NCBI GenBank assembly: GCA_964527715.1
Contig: CAZGOD010000006.1
Span: 8,060 to 72,059 of the forward strand
DNA from: an uncultured Thermoplasmatales archaeon
GTDB lineage: Archaea; Thermoplasmatota; E2; DHVEG-1
Direction of reading: 5' to 3'
DNA: 64,000 nucleotides
Shown here: one piece after another, positions 10,499-22,270 of the stretch
Position numbering within the stretch: the stretch's first letter is position 1
Layout of the letters: each line of letters starts with the position of its first letter
Position numbers and translations under genes: made by a program
Notes under the pieces: generated by a model
What the model was told of the DNA's origin: nothing
What the model saw: only the letters and a program-made list of their open reading frames with translations
Database searches by the model: none

Positions 10499-13216
10499 AT
10501 GTCTTCTTTCCTAGAAAAAGAATGTAATCTCAAATTCTTCCATAAAAATGGTTACACACGTAAAAAATGCTCAAAATGTGGAGACTATTTTTGGACTTTA
10601 AATAAAGACGAAGATATCTGTGGTGATCAACCATGTGTACCATTTAGTTTCATAGGTGAACCTTATGGTAAAAAACCAATGTCCCTAACGGAAGTACGTG
10701 AAAGTTTCCTCAGTTTTTTTGAAAAAAACAAACATTCAAGGCTCTGTTACCCTGAAACAGGTGAACGTTGCCCTGTGGTAGCTAGGTGGAGAAGTGATAT
10801 ATATCTCACCATTGCATCTATCGCTGATTTCCAACCACATGTAACCTCAGGTGAAGTACCACCACCAGCAAACCCTCTTGTTATATCTCAGCCATGTATA
10901 CGGCTAAATGATCTTGAGAGTGTTGGTATAAGTGGTCGTCATCTAACAATGTTTGAAATGATGGGGCATCATGCGTTCAACAAAAAAGTCGATGAAATAT
11001 ATTTCAAAGAAGACACCATAAGGTTTTGTAATGATTATTTTGTAAACCATGTTGGTATACCACGCGAAGCAATAAACTACAAGGAACAGTTATGGTTTGG
11101 TGGTGGAAACGCTGGTCCATGTTTAGAGGTTCTTGCCGGTGGACTTGAGATAGCGACTCTTGTTTTTATGAACATGAGAGAAGATGAGAAAGGTAGTTTT
11201 GAAATTGAGGGGAAAAATTATTCACCTAACCCGTTGAACATTGTTGACACAGGTTATGGACTGGAGCGTATCGCATGGATAACACAGGGCACAGAAACAG
11301 TTTATGATACTGTTTTCCCAGACGTAGTAAACTGGTTAAAGGGAAACGCGAAAAACAAATCTGATATGACTAGCATCTACTCACTTGCAGATCACTCAAA
11401 ATGCCTAGCTTTCATGCTTGGTGATGGGATTGTTCCATCAAATGTTAAAGCTGGTTATTTAGCCCGGTTGATAATTAGAAGAGCGCTTCGTTTCATGGAA
11501 AAATTAGAGTTAAAAACTCCTCTGAAAAAACTTGTCAGCATGCAGCTAGAGTATCTCGAAAAAGATTTTCCATCATTGAAAACTAGGAAAAAACAAGTTG
11601 AAGAAATACTTGACATAGAAACAAAAAGATACTATGATACACTCTCCAAAGGAAAAAACCTAGTTAAAAGAATAATAAAAGAAAAGAAAACAATTGATAC
11701 AAATGAGCTCACAAAGTTATATGACACACATGGTATGCCACCAGATATCGTAAAAAACATAGCCGAAACAGAAGGGGTAAAAGTTGACATCCCTGAAACC
11801 TTTGATTCCATGATCGCTGAGCTACATTCACATGAAGAAAAAGAGGAACACGGAGAAAAAACAAAATCTAAACTACCATGCACAGAAAAACTCTATTACA
11901 CGGACCATTACACCAGAGAATTCAATGCAAAAGTCCTTTGGAAAAACAAAACAAAACATGGAACTAAAATCATCCTAGATAAAACCGCTTTCTACCCTGA
12001 AGGAGGAGGGCAACCCGGTGACATTGGAACATTAAACAACATCGAAGTTAAACAAGTCAGTAAAGAAGGAGACTCAATAATTCATCTGATAGACGGAGAT
12101 TTAAACATAGGTGACAAAGTACATGGACTCATAGACTGGGACCACCGATACACACTAATGAAACATCACACAGGTACACATCTAGTAAACGGAGCTCTTA
12201 GACAACTACTAGGGGAACACATCTGGCAAGCAGGCTCACAACTTGGAATAGACGAGGCACGTTTTGATTTTTCACATTATAAATCAGTAACCGAAGAAGA
12301 ACAAAAACAAATAGAACAACAAGCAAACAAGTTCATCAAACAAGGAGTCAACGTTGAGAAAAAAACCCTAGATAGAAACACCGCTGAGAAAAACTTTGGT
12401 TTCAGACTCTACCAAGGGGGAGTACCGCCCGGGAACTGCATCAGAGTCTTAAACATACCAGGTATAGATGTCGAAGCATGCGGTGGGACACATCTTAATA
12501 ACACAAAAGAAGTAGAAAAAATTAGGATAATCAAAATTGAGAGAATACAGGATGGTGTAAACCGAGTTATTTTTGCAGCTGGTAAAATGGCAGATGCATA
12601 TCAAAAAGAGGAAAACGAGCTCTACAACCAGATCATCGACATCCTTGGCTCTCGTTATGAAATTAAAAACCAGGATAATATTTCTGAACAACTAAGAGAG
12701 GTTTCAAAAATATTCTCAGTACCAGTTGGTCAACTTGATAAAACAATAAAACGGTTTTTAAAAGAAACCAAAAAATTAGAGAAAGAAACAGTTAAAGACC
12801 TTATTGAGGCTTGTTCACATCTATTCCAGGAATGGAAGAACTCCCAAAAAGATAAAAAGAAGGTATCCACTGGTGAAATTGAGGAATTAAAAAATAAATC
12901 TGAACAGATATCTGGAACAAATGTGAAAGTAATAGCAGAAGTAACAACATATGAATCAACAGCAACATCAGGAGCAATAACTAAAGAGGACAACTATGTC
13001 GCACATATATATGATGGTAAAAAACTAACATCTACTGCCTCAGGAAATGTTGCCATTGATTTAACAGAAATTGCTCCAGAGATTGGTAAAATCCTTGGCG
13101 GCAGTGGTGGTGGACGACCAAAGATGACTCAATGTGGTGGACCTAACAAAGACAAGGTTGATGAGGCATTAGAAACAGCTAAAAAGTTAACGATAAAAAA
13201 ATTAAAGAAAAACTAA
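10499..13216 (+). CDS. alaS: alanyl-tRNA synthetase, archaeal type
   Basis: 905 aa. Archaeal N-terminal zinc ribbon (CSKCGDYFWT). HxxxH editing motif (HTGTHL) and CGGTH motif. Confidence 0.95.
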   Translation: MSSFLEKECNLKFFHKNGYTRKKCSKCGDYFWTLNKDEDICGDQPCVPFSFIGEPYGKKPMSLTEVRESFLSFFEKNKHSRLCYPETGERCPVVARWRSDIYLTIASIADFQPHVTSGEVPPPANPLVISQPCIRLNDLESVGISGRHLTMFEMMGHHAFNKKVDEIYFKEDTIRFCNDYFVNHVGIPREAINYKEQLWFGGGNAGPCLEVLAGGLEIATLVFMNMREDEKGSFEIEGKNYSPNPLNIVDTGYGLERIAWITQGTETVYDTVFPDVVNWLKGNAKNKSDMTSIYSLADHSKCLAFMLGDGIVPSNVKAGYLARLIIRRALRFMEKLELKTPLKKLVSMQLEYLEKDFPSLKTRKKQVEEILDIETKRYYDTLSKGKNLVKRIIKEKKTIDTNELTKLYDTHGMPPDIVKNIAETEGVKVDIPETFDSMIAELHSHEEKEEHGEKTKSKLPCTEKLYYTDHYTREFNAKVLWKNKTKHGTKIILDKTAFYPEGGGQPGDIGTLNNIEVKQVSKEGDSIIHLIDGDLNIGDKVHGLIDWDHRYTLMKHHTGTHLVNGALRQLLGEHIWQAGSQLGIDEARFDFSHYKSVTEEEQKQIEQQANKFIKQGVNVEKKTLDRNTAEKNFGFRLYQGGVPPGNCIRVLNIPGIDVEACGGTHLNNTKEVEKIRIIKIERIQDGVNRVIFAAGKMADAYQKEENELYNQIIDILGSRYEIKNQDNISEQLREVSKIFSVPVGQLDKTIKRFLKETKKLEKETVKDLIEACSHLFQEWKNSQKDKKKVSTGEIEELKNKSEQISGTNVKVIAEVTTYESTATSGAITKEDNYVAHIYDGKKLTSTASGNVAIDLTEIAPEIGKILGGSGGGRPKMTQCGGPNKDKVDEALETAKKLTIKKLKKN

Positions 13217-13237
13217 TTTTTTTCTAACTATCGGAGT

Positions 13238-13420
13238 CTAGGTTCTTACTAGTATATGAACTGCTGATACTATTAGGATAGTAGCTATACACATTACTAT
13301 CACAAACCAGGGTGGTACACGGAGTGATGTTTTTTCTTCTGCATCAAAATAACGAATAAGTCCCGCTGCGGAATGAAATCCTTCACCTTTTTTTTGTTTA
13401 GCCATAGTTTTAGTCCTCAA
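13238..13420 (-). CDS. secG: preprotein translocase subunit Sec61-beta (archaeal SecG)
   Basis: 60 aa, GLIRYFDAEE motif plus a single C-terminal TM helix. Confidence 0.7.
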   Translation of the reverse strand: MRTKTMAKQKKGEGFHSAAGLIRYFDAEEKTSLRVPPWFVIVMCIATILIVSAVHILVRT

Positions 13421-13509
13421 ACATGAGATTCTATAAGAATAGCATACTTTTTTGATATTTAGGTTTTACTATCAACTCTTTTATTGTAGGAAAACATCTA
13501 AATATTGAG

Positions 13510-13517
13510 TTTATATA
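13510..13517 (+). promoter_or_regulatory. candidate archaeal TATA box for the GfcR-like gene (leaderless arrangement)
   Basis: TTTATATA lies 23 nt upstream of the ATG at 13541. Confidence 0.3.
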
Positions 13518-13540
13518 CGTAGTTTCAAGGGTGTAATTGT

Positions 13541-14113
13541 ATGAAGGAAATAGAGGGGCTCATTAAAAAAGCGTTGAAGTATAAAGATGGCGGACTTACT
13601 GAGCATGAGATCGCCGATGAGTTAAATGTTTCTAAAGAAACAGCTGCATGGCTTCTTAGTAAAGGTAAAGAGAAAAAACCAAGTGGTGGCGATATCAAAG
13701 CGGGTTGGCGCTCCATTGGCGTTTATCCTTCAAGAATGAGTTTTATTTCAGATGCTTTATGTGACATTATACTAGAGGACTGTGAAGAAGTTGATACCGT
13801 AACGGGTATCGCAATAAATGGTATACCATATGCTACTTTTGTTGCTGATAGCCTTGGCTTGGAGCTAGCGATTTTTAGACCACATTATGAGAAATCTGGA
13901 GCGTTTTCTTCAAATTATGCTAGTGTAAAAGGTAAAAAAGTTGTCATAGTCGATGACGTAGTTGGAACCGGTAACACATTCAGAGGCGCTATCAAAGCGA
14001 TAAAAGGAGAGAAAGGTAACCCAGTGTTATGTTTATCTGTTTTAAATAAAACACCCAGAAACAAGATAAGTGATGTACCACTAAGGGCACTTATAAGAGC
14101 AAGGTTAATATAA
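13541..14113 (+). CDS. gfcR: GfcR-family regulator (N-terminal HTH fused to PyrE-like phosphoribosyltransferase domain)
   Basis: N-terminal HTH (LTEHEIADELNVSKETAAWLL) followed by a PRTase fold with VVIVDDVVGTGNT. Confidence 0.65.
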   Translation: MKEIEGLIKKALKYKDGGLTEHEIADELNVSKETAAWLLSKGKEKKPSGGDIKAGWRSIGVYPSRMSFISDALCDIILEDCEEVDTVTGIAINGIPYATFVADSLGLELAIFRPHYEKSGAFSSNYASVKGKKVVIVDDVVGTGNTFRGAIKAIKGEKGNPVLCLSVLNKTPRNKISDVPLRALIRARLI

Positions 14114-14134
14114 TAACCTTCTAAGGTCTCATAT

Positions 14135-15700
14135 TTGGAGAGTTCTATTATGCACTGGGCAGATGTTTTAGCAGATGAGTTAATCAAAGAAGATAGAAAA
14201 CATGTTTTAGCCACAGGTATCACTCCCTCAGGACCTATACATATTGGTAACATGCGGGAGATACTTACCACTGATGCAGTATATAGATGCCTAGTTAACA
14301 AAGGTGGAAAAGCAGAGCTCATTTATGTTGCAGATGACTATGACCACCTACGGAAAGTTTACCCGTATCTACCTAAATCATATGAGAAATATGTTGGAAT
14401 GCCCATATCTGAGATACCCTGCCCCTGTGGAGAACATAAAAGCTACGCAGATCACTACTTAATACCATTCTTAAACTCGCTGGAAGAAATCGGAGTTAAA
14501 CCACATGTGTACCGCGCTAATGAGATGTATAAAAACGGTGATTATAACGAAGCAATTAAAATAGCATTAGAAAACACAGATTGGATAAGAGACATCATAG
14601 AAAAAATATCTAAGAGACAACTCCCAAAAAATTGGCTTCCATTTAACATACGTTGTGAAAAATGCAATAAGATAACAACTGCGAAACCAACCCTATATGA
14701 TTACCCAACAATAGAGTACAAATGTGAATGTGGATACAAAGGAGAAGTAGACATCAGAAAAGGAGGAGCGGGAAAACTACCATGGCGTGTTGACTGGCCT
14801 GCTAGATGGAAAATACTAGGTGTAACATTTGAACCATTTGGGAAAGACCTTGGAACAGTTGGAGGAGCAAGAGACACTGGTGAAAAAATATGTCAGGAAA
14901 TATATGATTACCCAGCGCCTAAATACACAGTTTATGAGTTCATCCTACTCAAAGGCAAAGGTGCTATGCATAGTTCCAAAGGAACAGCACTTAGCTCCGA
15001 GGAAATGCTAAGGATAACGCCCCCAGAGGTACTAAGGTTCCTATTGATGAATAACCAGCCAAATAAACACATGGCCTTCGACTCAGGACTAGGCCTGTTG
15101 AATCTTGTAGATGAATATGATAAAATAGAGAGAGTATACTTTGGAAAAGAAAAAGAAGCCAAAGGGATGAAAGACCTGGAGAAAACCTACGAACTTTCAC
15201 AGCCATATAACATCCCAAAAAAAATACCATTTCAACTACCATACCGGCATCTAGTCACAATTGTTCAAATAGGTGAAAAATGGAACAATATGAAAAAAAT
15301 CCTAATTAGAACAAATCAAGTCCCTGAGAAACTAAGTAAAGAAGACGAAGAGCATCTTAAACAACGAGCTGAACATGCAAAATACTGGCTTGAAAAACAT
15401 GCTCCCGATATGATAAAATTTGAAGTTAAAAAACAGATTCCAAAGCTTAAACCAATGGGGGAGCAGAAAAAATTTCTCATACAACTCAATGAAACATTAT
15501 CCTCCACAGAGTGGGATGCAGAGAGCATACATAACGCGATATACAAGGTATCAGAAGAACAAAAACTTCAGATAAAAACAGCTTTCAAAACTATTTATCA
15601 GATACTACTTGGACAGGAAAAAGGACCACGCGCGGGATATTTCCTTTCAAACTTGGATAAAGATTTTGTTTTAAAAAGGATAAAAGAAGCAGTTAAATAG
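14135..15700 (+). CDS. lysK: lysyl-tRNA synthetase, class I
   Basis: PSGPIHIGN (HIGH-type) motif, zinc-binding Cys cluster, KMSKS-like AMHSSKG. About 520 aa, typical of archaeal LysK. Confidence 0.85.
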   Translation: MESSIMHWADVLADELIKEDRKHVLATGITPSGPIHIGNMREILTTDAVYRCLVNKGGKAELIYVADDYDHLRKVYPYLPKSYEKYVGMPISEIPCPCGEHKSYADHYLIPFLNSLEEIGVKPHVYRANEMYKNGDYNEAIKIALENTDWIRDIIEKISKRQLPKNWLPFNIRCEKCNKITTAKPTLYDYPTIEYKCECGYKGEVDIRKGGAGKLPWRVDWPARWKILGVTFEPFGKDLGTVGGARDTGEKICQEIYDYPAPKYTVYEFILLKGKGAMHSSKGTALSSEEMLRITPPEVLRFLLMNNQPNKHMAFDSGLGLLNLVDEYDKIERVYFGKEKEAKGMKDLEKTYELSQPYNIPKKIPFQLPYRHLVTIVQIGEKWNNMKKILIRTNQVPEKLSKEDEEHLKQRAEHAKYWLEKHAPDMIKFEVKKQIPKLKPMGEQKKFLIQLNETLSSTEWDAESIHNAIYKVSEEQKLQIKTAFKTIYQILLGQEKGPRAGYFLSNLDKDFVLKRIKEAVK

Positions 15701-15727
15701 AGAAAGTTGTCTTAACGGTTTTAACTT

Positions 15728-16978
15728 ATGAAGATTTACTTGGAAGTATATGGTTGTACGGCGAACAAAAGCGATGCTAGCCTAATGAGAGGTCTAATAA
15801 AAGAAAGCAACCATGAAATAACTAGTGAGATTAGTGACGCGGATGTTTTAATCCTGCTCACATGCACAGTTATAGGAACAACAGAGCAACGTATGCTATC
15901 ACGTCTTAAAACTTTCAAAAAGACAGGTAAAAAAATAATTGTCGCAGGTTGTATGGCATCCATTCAAGCAGATCTAATCAGATCCATCTTACCAGATACA
16001 CAGCTAATACCCCCACAATATGCACATAACATCATTAGGATACTGGATGGAGAAAAAAACTCTTTTTCAGAGAAGAATAAAACATTATTCACGAAACATT
16101 ACGAAGACATAACCGCTCCCATATTAATCTCAGAAGGATGCGATTTCTCCTGTGCATATTGCATTACATCGCTCGCGAGAGGGAAGCTTAAAAGCTACCC
16201 GATAGACGAAATAACAGAGGATGTTTGCTCAGCGATAAGACAAGGATGTAAAGAAATACAACTCACTGCACAGGATACCGCCTCATACGGGTTGGGCAAG
16301 GGGCAGAACCTTGGCAAGCTCTTAATAAATGTTTCCAAAATAAAAGGCGTATATCGGATTAGAGTTGGAATGATGAATCCATATACCGCTCTGAAAAATC
16401 TCAACTCAATCCTTAATGGATATGATGATCCAAAAATTTACAAGTTTTTACATTTACCAGTTCAATCAGGAGACAATAGTATACTAGAGAAGATGGATAG
16501 AAAATACACAGTGGAGGATTTTTTAGAAATAATTAGAAGATTCAGAGAGAAATATCCTAATATAACAATTTCAACAGATATCATCACTGGTTTCCCAACT
16601 GAAACAGAACAGCAATTTCAACATACCATCGACTTACTTGAAAAAGTAAAACCAGATATTACAAACATCACGAGGTACTCAGCGCGCCCCTATACAAAAG
16701 CAAAAACAATGAGTGGACGTATACCAACAAATATTGTAAAAAACAGGTCAAAAAAATTAACAGAGCTATGCAGCAGTATTTCAAAGGATAATAACATAAG
16801 ACATGTTGGAAAGAAATATACTATCTTGGTCACGGAGAAAGGAAAAGAAAACACACTGGTAGGTAGATCTGAGAACTATAAACCCGTGGTAATAAAAGAA
16901 AAAACCCGGCTAGGAGATATTGTATCCATGGAAATCACGGATGCTTTTCATACCTATCTTGTAGGAAATCTTATATAG
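15728..16978 (+). CDS. radical-SAM methylthiotransferase (MiaB/RimO/MtaB family; likely tRNA t6A37 methylthiotransferase)
   Basis: N-terminal MTTase domain. CxxxCxxC (CDFSCAYC) radical-SAM motif. C-terminal TRAM domain. Confidence 0.8.
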   Translation: MKIYLEVYGCTANKSDASLMRGLIKESNHEITSEISDADVLILLTCTVIGTTEQRMLSRLKTFKKTGKKIIVAGCMASIQADLIRSILPDTQLIPPQYAHNIIRILDGEKNSFSEKNKTLFTKHYEDITAPILISEGCDFSCAYCITSLARGKLKSYPIDEITEDVCSAIRQGCKEIQLTAQDTASYGLGKGQNLGKLLINVSKIKGVYRIRVGMMNPYTALKNLNSILNGYDDPKIYKFLHLPVQSGDNSILEKMDRKYTVEDFLEIIRRFREKYPNITISTDIITGFPTETEQQFQHTIDLLEKVKPDITNITRYSARPYTKAKTMSGRIPTNIVKNRSKKLTELCSSISKDNNIRHVGKKYTILVTEKGKENTLVGRSENYKPVVIKEKTRLGDIVSMEITDAFHTYLVGNLI

Positions 16979-16997
16979 AAAAACTATCATTTGTTAA

Positions 16998-18068
<1,071 letters not shown>

Positions 18069-18124
18069 AAACTATATCTTTAAATAACAATTTTTAATAT
18101 CGATTTCTAGGGAGGATTTAATTT

Positions 18125-19351
18125 ATGAAGGAATATAATACGCTTGATGATTTTGATCCTGAAAACAAAACCGTTTTATTAAGAGTAGATTTCAACCTAC
18201 CACTTGATAAAAACACTCTTGAAATAATAGATACAACCCGGATAAAAAGAGCGATACCAACAATAAAAGAACTAATAGAAAAAAACGCAAAAACAGTGAT
18301 AATAGCACACCAAGGACGGCAAGGAAGCTGGGATTTCACCAACCTTGGAAAACACGCCAGAGCATTACAACAACTCCTAGGAAAACCTATAAAATTTGTC
18401 GATGACATATACGGTGAAAAAGCAAAAAACATGATACAAAACATGCAAAAAGGAGAAGTAATACTACTTGACAATGTTCGGAAATACAATGGAGAGACAG
18501 AGAAAAAAACCGTGGAGGAGCACGCCCAATCAGAACTAGTTCAAAACCTATACCCCCTCGCTGACCTATTTGTAAATGATGCATTCGCAGCAGCACATAG
18601 AGCACAGTGCTCACTCATTGGTTTCACAGCAGTCCTACCATCCTGTGCTGGTCGTCTTATGGAGGAAGAACTAACAACTCTTGCAAAAATAGTTGCAAGC
18701 CCTGAGAAACCCTCAGTTTTCCTTTTCGGAGGCGCTAAATTCTCAGATGTAATAGTCACAATAGAACGATTACTAGATAACAGAACCGCGGATAAAATAA
18801 TACTAACAGGTCTACCAGCTAACGCGTTCCTCAAAGCAGAAGGAATCAATCTAGGATCAGGTAACGAAGAAATGTTATCCAAAGAGGGTACACCTGAGAA
18901 CTACGAAGAGATCAAAAAACTCCTCAGCAAATACAAAGACAACATATACTTACCAATGGATTTTGCTTTTCAACAAAACACAAACAGAGACGAGATAGAT
19001 GTCTCAGAGCTACCAATTAACTACAACCTATATGACATTGGTGAAAAATCCATTGAGAACTTCAAAAACATAATAGCAGATGCTAAAACAGTTTTCTTAT
19101 CAGGGCCCTGTGGTGTATTTGAAAAACCAGAGTTCATGAAAGGAACCCGGGAGATATTCACCTATGTCGCAAACTCAGATGTTTTCTCCATCGTAGGCGG
19201 GGGTCATACTGTTGCAGCAGTTGAAAAACTAGGTCTTGATACTAAGATATCACATATTAGCACTGGTGGTGGCTCACTTGAGAAATTCATGATGGGTGAA
19301 AAACTACCTGTTGTTGAAGCTCTTAAAGCAGCTAAGAATAGAACGCAATAA
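18125..19351 (+). CDS. pgk: phosphoglycerate kinase
   Basis: N-terminus LLRVDFNLP, GGA.F hinge, GGG C-terminal domain motifs. 408 aa. Confidence 0.9.
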   Translation: MKEYNTLDDFDPENKTVLLRVDFNLPLDKNTLEIIDTTRIKRAIPTIKELIEKNAKTVIIAHQGRQGSWDFTNLGKHARALQQLLGKPIKFVDDIYGEKAKNMIQNMQKGEVILLDNVRKYNGETEKKTVEEHAQSELVQNLYPLADLFVNDAFAAAHRAQCSLIGFTAVLPSCAGRLMEEELTTLAKIVASPEKPSVFLFGGAKFSDVIVTIERLLDNRTADKIILTGLPANAFLKAEGINLGSGNEEMLSKEGTPENYEEIKKLLSKYKDNIYLPMDFAFQQNTNRDEIDVSELPINYNLYDIGEKSIENFKNIIADAKTVFLSGPCGVFEKPEFMKGTREIFTYVANSDVFSIVGGGHTVAAVEKLGLDTKISHISTGGGSLEKFMMGEKLPVVEALKAAKNRTQ

Positions 19352-19412
19352 ACTCATTTGTTGTGGTAGAAATTGTCAAATATATTCTTTTCTTTACACC
19401 TAACTAGTCCAA

Positions 19413-19484
19413 GGGCTGGTAGATCAGTGGAAGATCGCCACCTTCGCAAGGTGGAGGCCGTGGGTTCAAATCCCACCCAGTCCA
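19413..19484 (+). tRNA. tRNA-Ala (anticodon CGC)
   Basis: Cloverleaf folded by hand. Acceptor GGGCTGG/CCAGTCC with G3:U70, the tRNA-Ala identity pair. Anticodon loop TTCGCAA, T-loop TTCAAAT. No encoded CCA. Confidence 0.9.
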
Positions 19485-19578
19485 TAAAAACAAGGATGCA
19501 TTAACCTTTAAGAACTGGTTATTGATATATGATTATTAAATAATTAGAGTTCTAACTGGGAAATGGTGAGATGATAAT

Positions 19579-19980
19579 ATGAAGAAAATAATGGTTGTTG
19601 ATAACGAGCCAGATATAGTTGATCTTACAAGAACCGTTCTAGAGCTTGGTGGTTATAATGTTGTCACAGCACGAAGTGGTGAAGAATGCCTGAGGAAACT
19701 CGAGGAAGAAGAAATAGATCTCGTGTTGTTAGATATTATGATGCCAGGTATGAGCGGTTGGGATGTTTTCAACAGAATTAACAAGAGATCGCCTAGCATC
19801 AAAGTAGCCTTCATGAGTGTCCTTGAGATCTCAGAAAAAAGAAAACAAGTACTACTAGAGGAAGGACTCGCAGATTACATAATGAAACCCTTTGACAAAG
19901 ATACCCTCCTAGACAGAGTAGATAAAATCCTGGCTGAAGCAGAAAACGAAAAACAGGAAACAAAGGAAGAATATGCGTAG
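19579..19980 (+). CDS. stand-alone response-regulator receiver (CheY-like REC) protein
   Basis: VVDNEPD...LLDIMMPGMSGW...K REC motifs. No output domain. Confidence 0.8.
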   Translation: MKKIMVVDNEPDIVDLTRTVLELGGYNVVTARSGEECLRKLEEEEIDLVLLDIMMPGMSGWDVFNRINKRSPSIKVAFMSVLEISEKRKQVLLEEGLADYIMKPFDKDTLLDRVDKILAEAENEKQETKEEYA

Positions 19981-20338
19981 AAAAATAATGGTCGTGGATG
20001 ACGAACCTGATATACTTTTTACTGTTGGACAAATGTTAGAACTCAATGGTTACGAAGTAATCAAAGCAGTTGATGGGAAAGAATGCCTACAAAAACTGAA
20101 CGAACAAACCCCAGACCTCGTTCTACTAGATATTATGATGCCTGAGATGAGCGGATGGGATGTAGCAGCAAAAATAAAAGAAAACCCGAGTTGGAATAAT
20201 ATACCTATAATCTTTCTAACTGCTAAAGGTGATACCATGAGCGTAGGCATGGGCGGGCTAGCTGCTGAGGATTACATTGTGAAACCTTTTAACGTTAAAG
20301 ACCTGAAAAACAGAGTTGAACAGGTTCTAAACAGATAA
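19973..20338 (+). CDS. stand-alone response-regulator receiver (CheY-like REC) protein
   Basis: VVDDEPD...LLDIMMPEMSGW REC motifs. Its start codon overlaps the stop of the upstream REC gene. Confidence 0.8.
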   Translation: MRRKIMVVDDEPDILFTVGQMLELNGYEVIKAVDGKECLQKLNEQTPDLVLLDIMMPEMSGWDVAAKIKENPSWNNIPIIFLTAKGDTMSVGMGGLAAEDYIVKPFNVKDLKNRVEQVLNR

Positions 20339-20531
20339 AAAAAGTCTACAACATCTTTTTTGACAATACTTGTACAATAAAGCATTTATAACTAAAGTTA
20401 ACAAAAATTTATACTAATAAACTGGGGAGATTAACAGTGATATGTGAAAAATGTAAAAGACGATTCGGCGAAAAAGGGGTCAACTACTGGAGTGTTAGAT
20501 TAGGACTCTGTTCAGTTTGTAATAATAATTA

Positions 20532-20604
20532 AGCCGCCGGAGGGATTTGAACCCCCGACCTGCTGATTACGAATCAGCCGCTCCACCAGCTAAGCTACGG
20601 CGGC
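20532..20604 (-). tRNA. tRNA-Thr (anticodon CGT)
   Basis: Reverse complement folds as GCCGCCG-TA-GCTT..GAGC-G-GCTGA-TTCGTAA-TCAGC-AGGTC-GGGGG-TTCAAAT-CCCTC-CGGCGGC-T. Discriminator U. Confidence 0.85.
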
Positions 20605-20732
20605 ATAATTGGAGTTGAATACTATCTTCCAATATGAAAGTTTTGTTAGATACTTTTTAATGATAATCAACTGTTGGTTTTATAAAACAAAAAAACCATA
20701 CCAGCCATTAATAAAACAGGGATGAAAGAAAT

Positions 20733-20876
20733 ATGACTGAGTATTGTGAAATCTGTGGTGAAGAATTAACTTCTGAAGAGGAAGATGAAGGCATCTGTGA
20801 AAAATGTAAAATTGCTAAGCAATCAAAAGAAGCATATAAAGAAGATAAAGAGTATATAGATCCTGGAATTACTTAA
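20733..20876 (+). CDS. small zinc-ribbon protein (47 aa)
   Basis: MTEYCEICGEE...ICEKCK with two CxxC pairs. Below the ORF-track length cutoff. Confidence 0.3.
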   Translation: MTEYCEICGEELTSEEEDEGICEKCKIAKQSKEAYKEDKEYIDPGIT

Positions 20877-21234
20877 ATAAAAGTTTAATTAATTATCTTC
20901 TGAACTACCACTATAGTAATCATCGCTGGAAGAAGAACCGTAAGATCTAGGTTTTTTATTGACAAAACCTTGCTCAGTAGTTATAACGGATGATTTCCTT
21001 TTTTCTACAAGTTTTTGTAATTTTTTTGTTGCTTCATTCTTATTCATTAATAGCTCTGCCCCTCCAACATTTTATTAATAACAGTAGTCGACATTTCTAG
21101 TTTATATCCCTTTTGCGGTGGAATAGCAAATAGTATATTTTTACAAGTTTTAAATAACGTGAATAAAAAAACTGCATGTCCTCTTATTATATATAGCAAC
21201 ATCTTTTAATCTAGCATATGTTACATCAAATATT

Positions 21235-21891
21235 ATGATTAGTGGTGTTGATGAAGCAGGCCGCGGACCAGTTATCGGACCCCTTGTGGTAGCCGGTGTC
21301 ACAGTAAAAGATGATTCAGAGTTAATTGCAAACAGGGTCCGTGATTCAAAAAAACTATCTCCAAATAGAAGAGAGATCCTGGCAAGGAAAATTAAAGACA
21401 TCGCGGTAAAATATGAAATAGTTGTTATCCCCGCTGAAGATATTGATAATATGCGGGAAGTTATGACATTAAATGAAATTGAGGTAAACGCTTTTGTTAA
21501 AGTTATTAGTAAACTAGAACCACATATATGCTATGTTGATTCCGCTGATGTGAACGATAAACGCTTTGGTAATGATATCTTGTCTCAATTATCTTTTAAA
21601 CCAGATATTATTTCGGAGCATAAAGCTGATGATATTTATCCTATAGTGGGAGCTGCTTCAATTCTTGCAAAAACTAGACGAGATGAAGAAGTTCGAAAAA
21701 TTGAACAAGTGTTGATCAAAAAGTTAGATTTACCACTTGGTAGCGGGTACCCTGCAGATCTAATTACGCAAAAATTTTTGAACGCATGGGTAAATCAGTT
21801 TGGAGACTTACCACCTTATACTAGACATTCTTGGAAAACCGCTAAAAACATAATCGGTCAGAGGAATACCAAAAAACTGGATGATTTTTGA
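21235..21891 (+). CDS. rnhB: ribonuclease HII
   Basis: N-terminal GVDEAGRGPVIGPLVVAG catalytic motif. 218 aa. Confidence 0.85.
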   Translation: MISGVDEAGRGPVIGPLVVAGVTVKDDSELIANRVRDSKKLSPNRREILARKIKDIAVKYEIVVIPAEDIDNMREVMTLNEIEVNAFVKVISKLEPHICYVDSADVNDKRFGNDILSQLSFKPDIISEHKADDIYPIVGAASILAKTRRDEEVRKIEQVLIKKLDLPLGSGYPADLITQKFLNAWVNQFGDLPPYTRHSWKTAKNIIGQRNTKKLDDF

Positions 21892-22237
21892 TTTTATGTT
21901 GGCAGAAATGCCAGCATATGATGGGGTGCTGGCACGTCCCCCGTATCTTACATCTATCTAGTAATATAATTGTTGTTTTTGGTTTATATATGTGTATGCA
22001 GGGTTATTGAAAGTATTAAATATATTCAAATAGACTTACAAAAATATATATTTATTGTTTGTTTAGGAAGAAATCAAAAAAGCAGGATAGAGATAAAAAA
22101 GGGTCTGGACCAATTAAAAGCAGGGAATTGGTGAATGAGCCTAGATGTTTTTTTATCTTGGACATTCGTCCAGACCCGCCCTATTTAGGATGGGATGTTA
22201 AAAACCAGGACGCGTGACATTATACTTAAAGATAACT

Positions 22238-22270
22238 TGTCAAAATGTCAAAATGTCAAAATGTCAAAAG
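22238..22270. repeat. short tandem repeat, (GTCAAAAT)x4
   Basis: Read directly: ttgtcaaaatgtcaaaatgtcaaaatgtcaaaag, in a 400-nt convergent intergenic region. Confidence 0.8.

Noticed and set aside
19413-20604. Introns or an encoded CCA end in the two tRNAs
   Set aside because: Both fold as canonical 72-73-nt cloverleaves with 7-nt anticodon loops and no insertion. The 3' ends run into TAA and TT respectively, so CCA is added post-transcriptionally.
22238-22270. Possible CRISPR array
   Set aside because: Only four 8-nt tandem units with no spacers. Far too short for CRISPR. No cas genes in the window.
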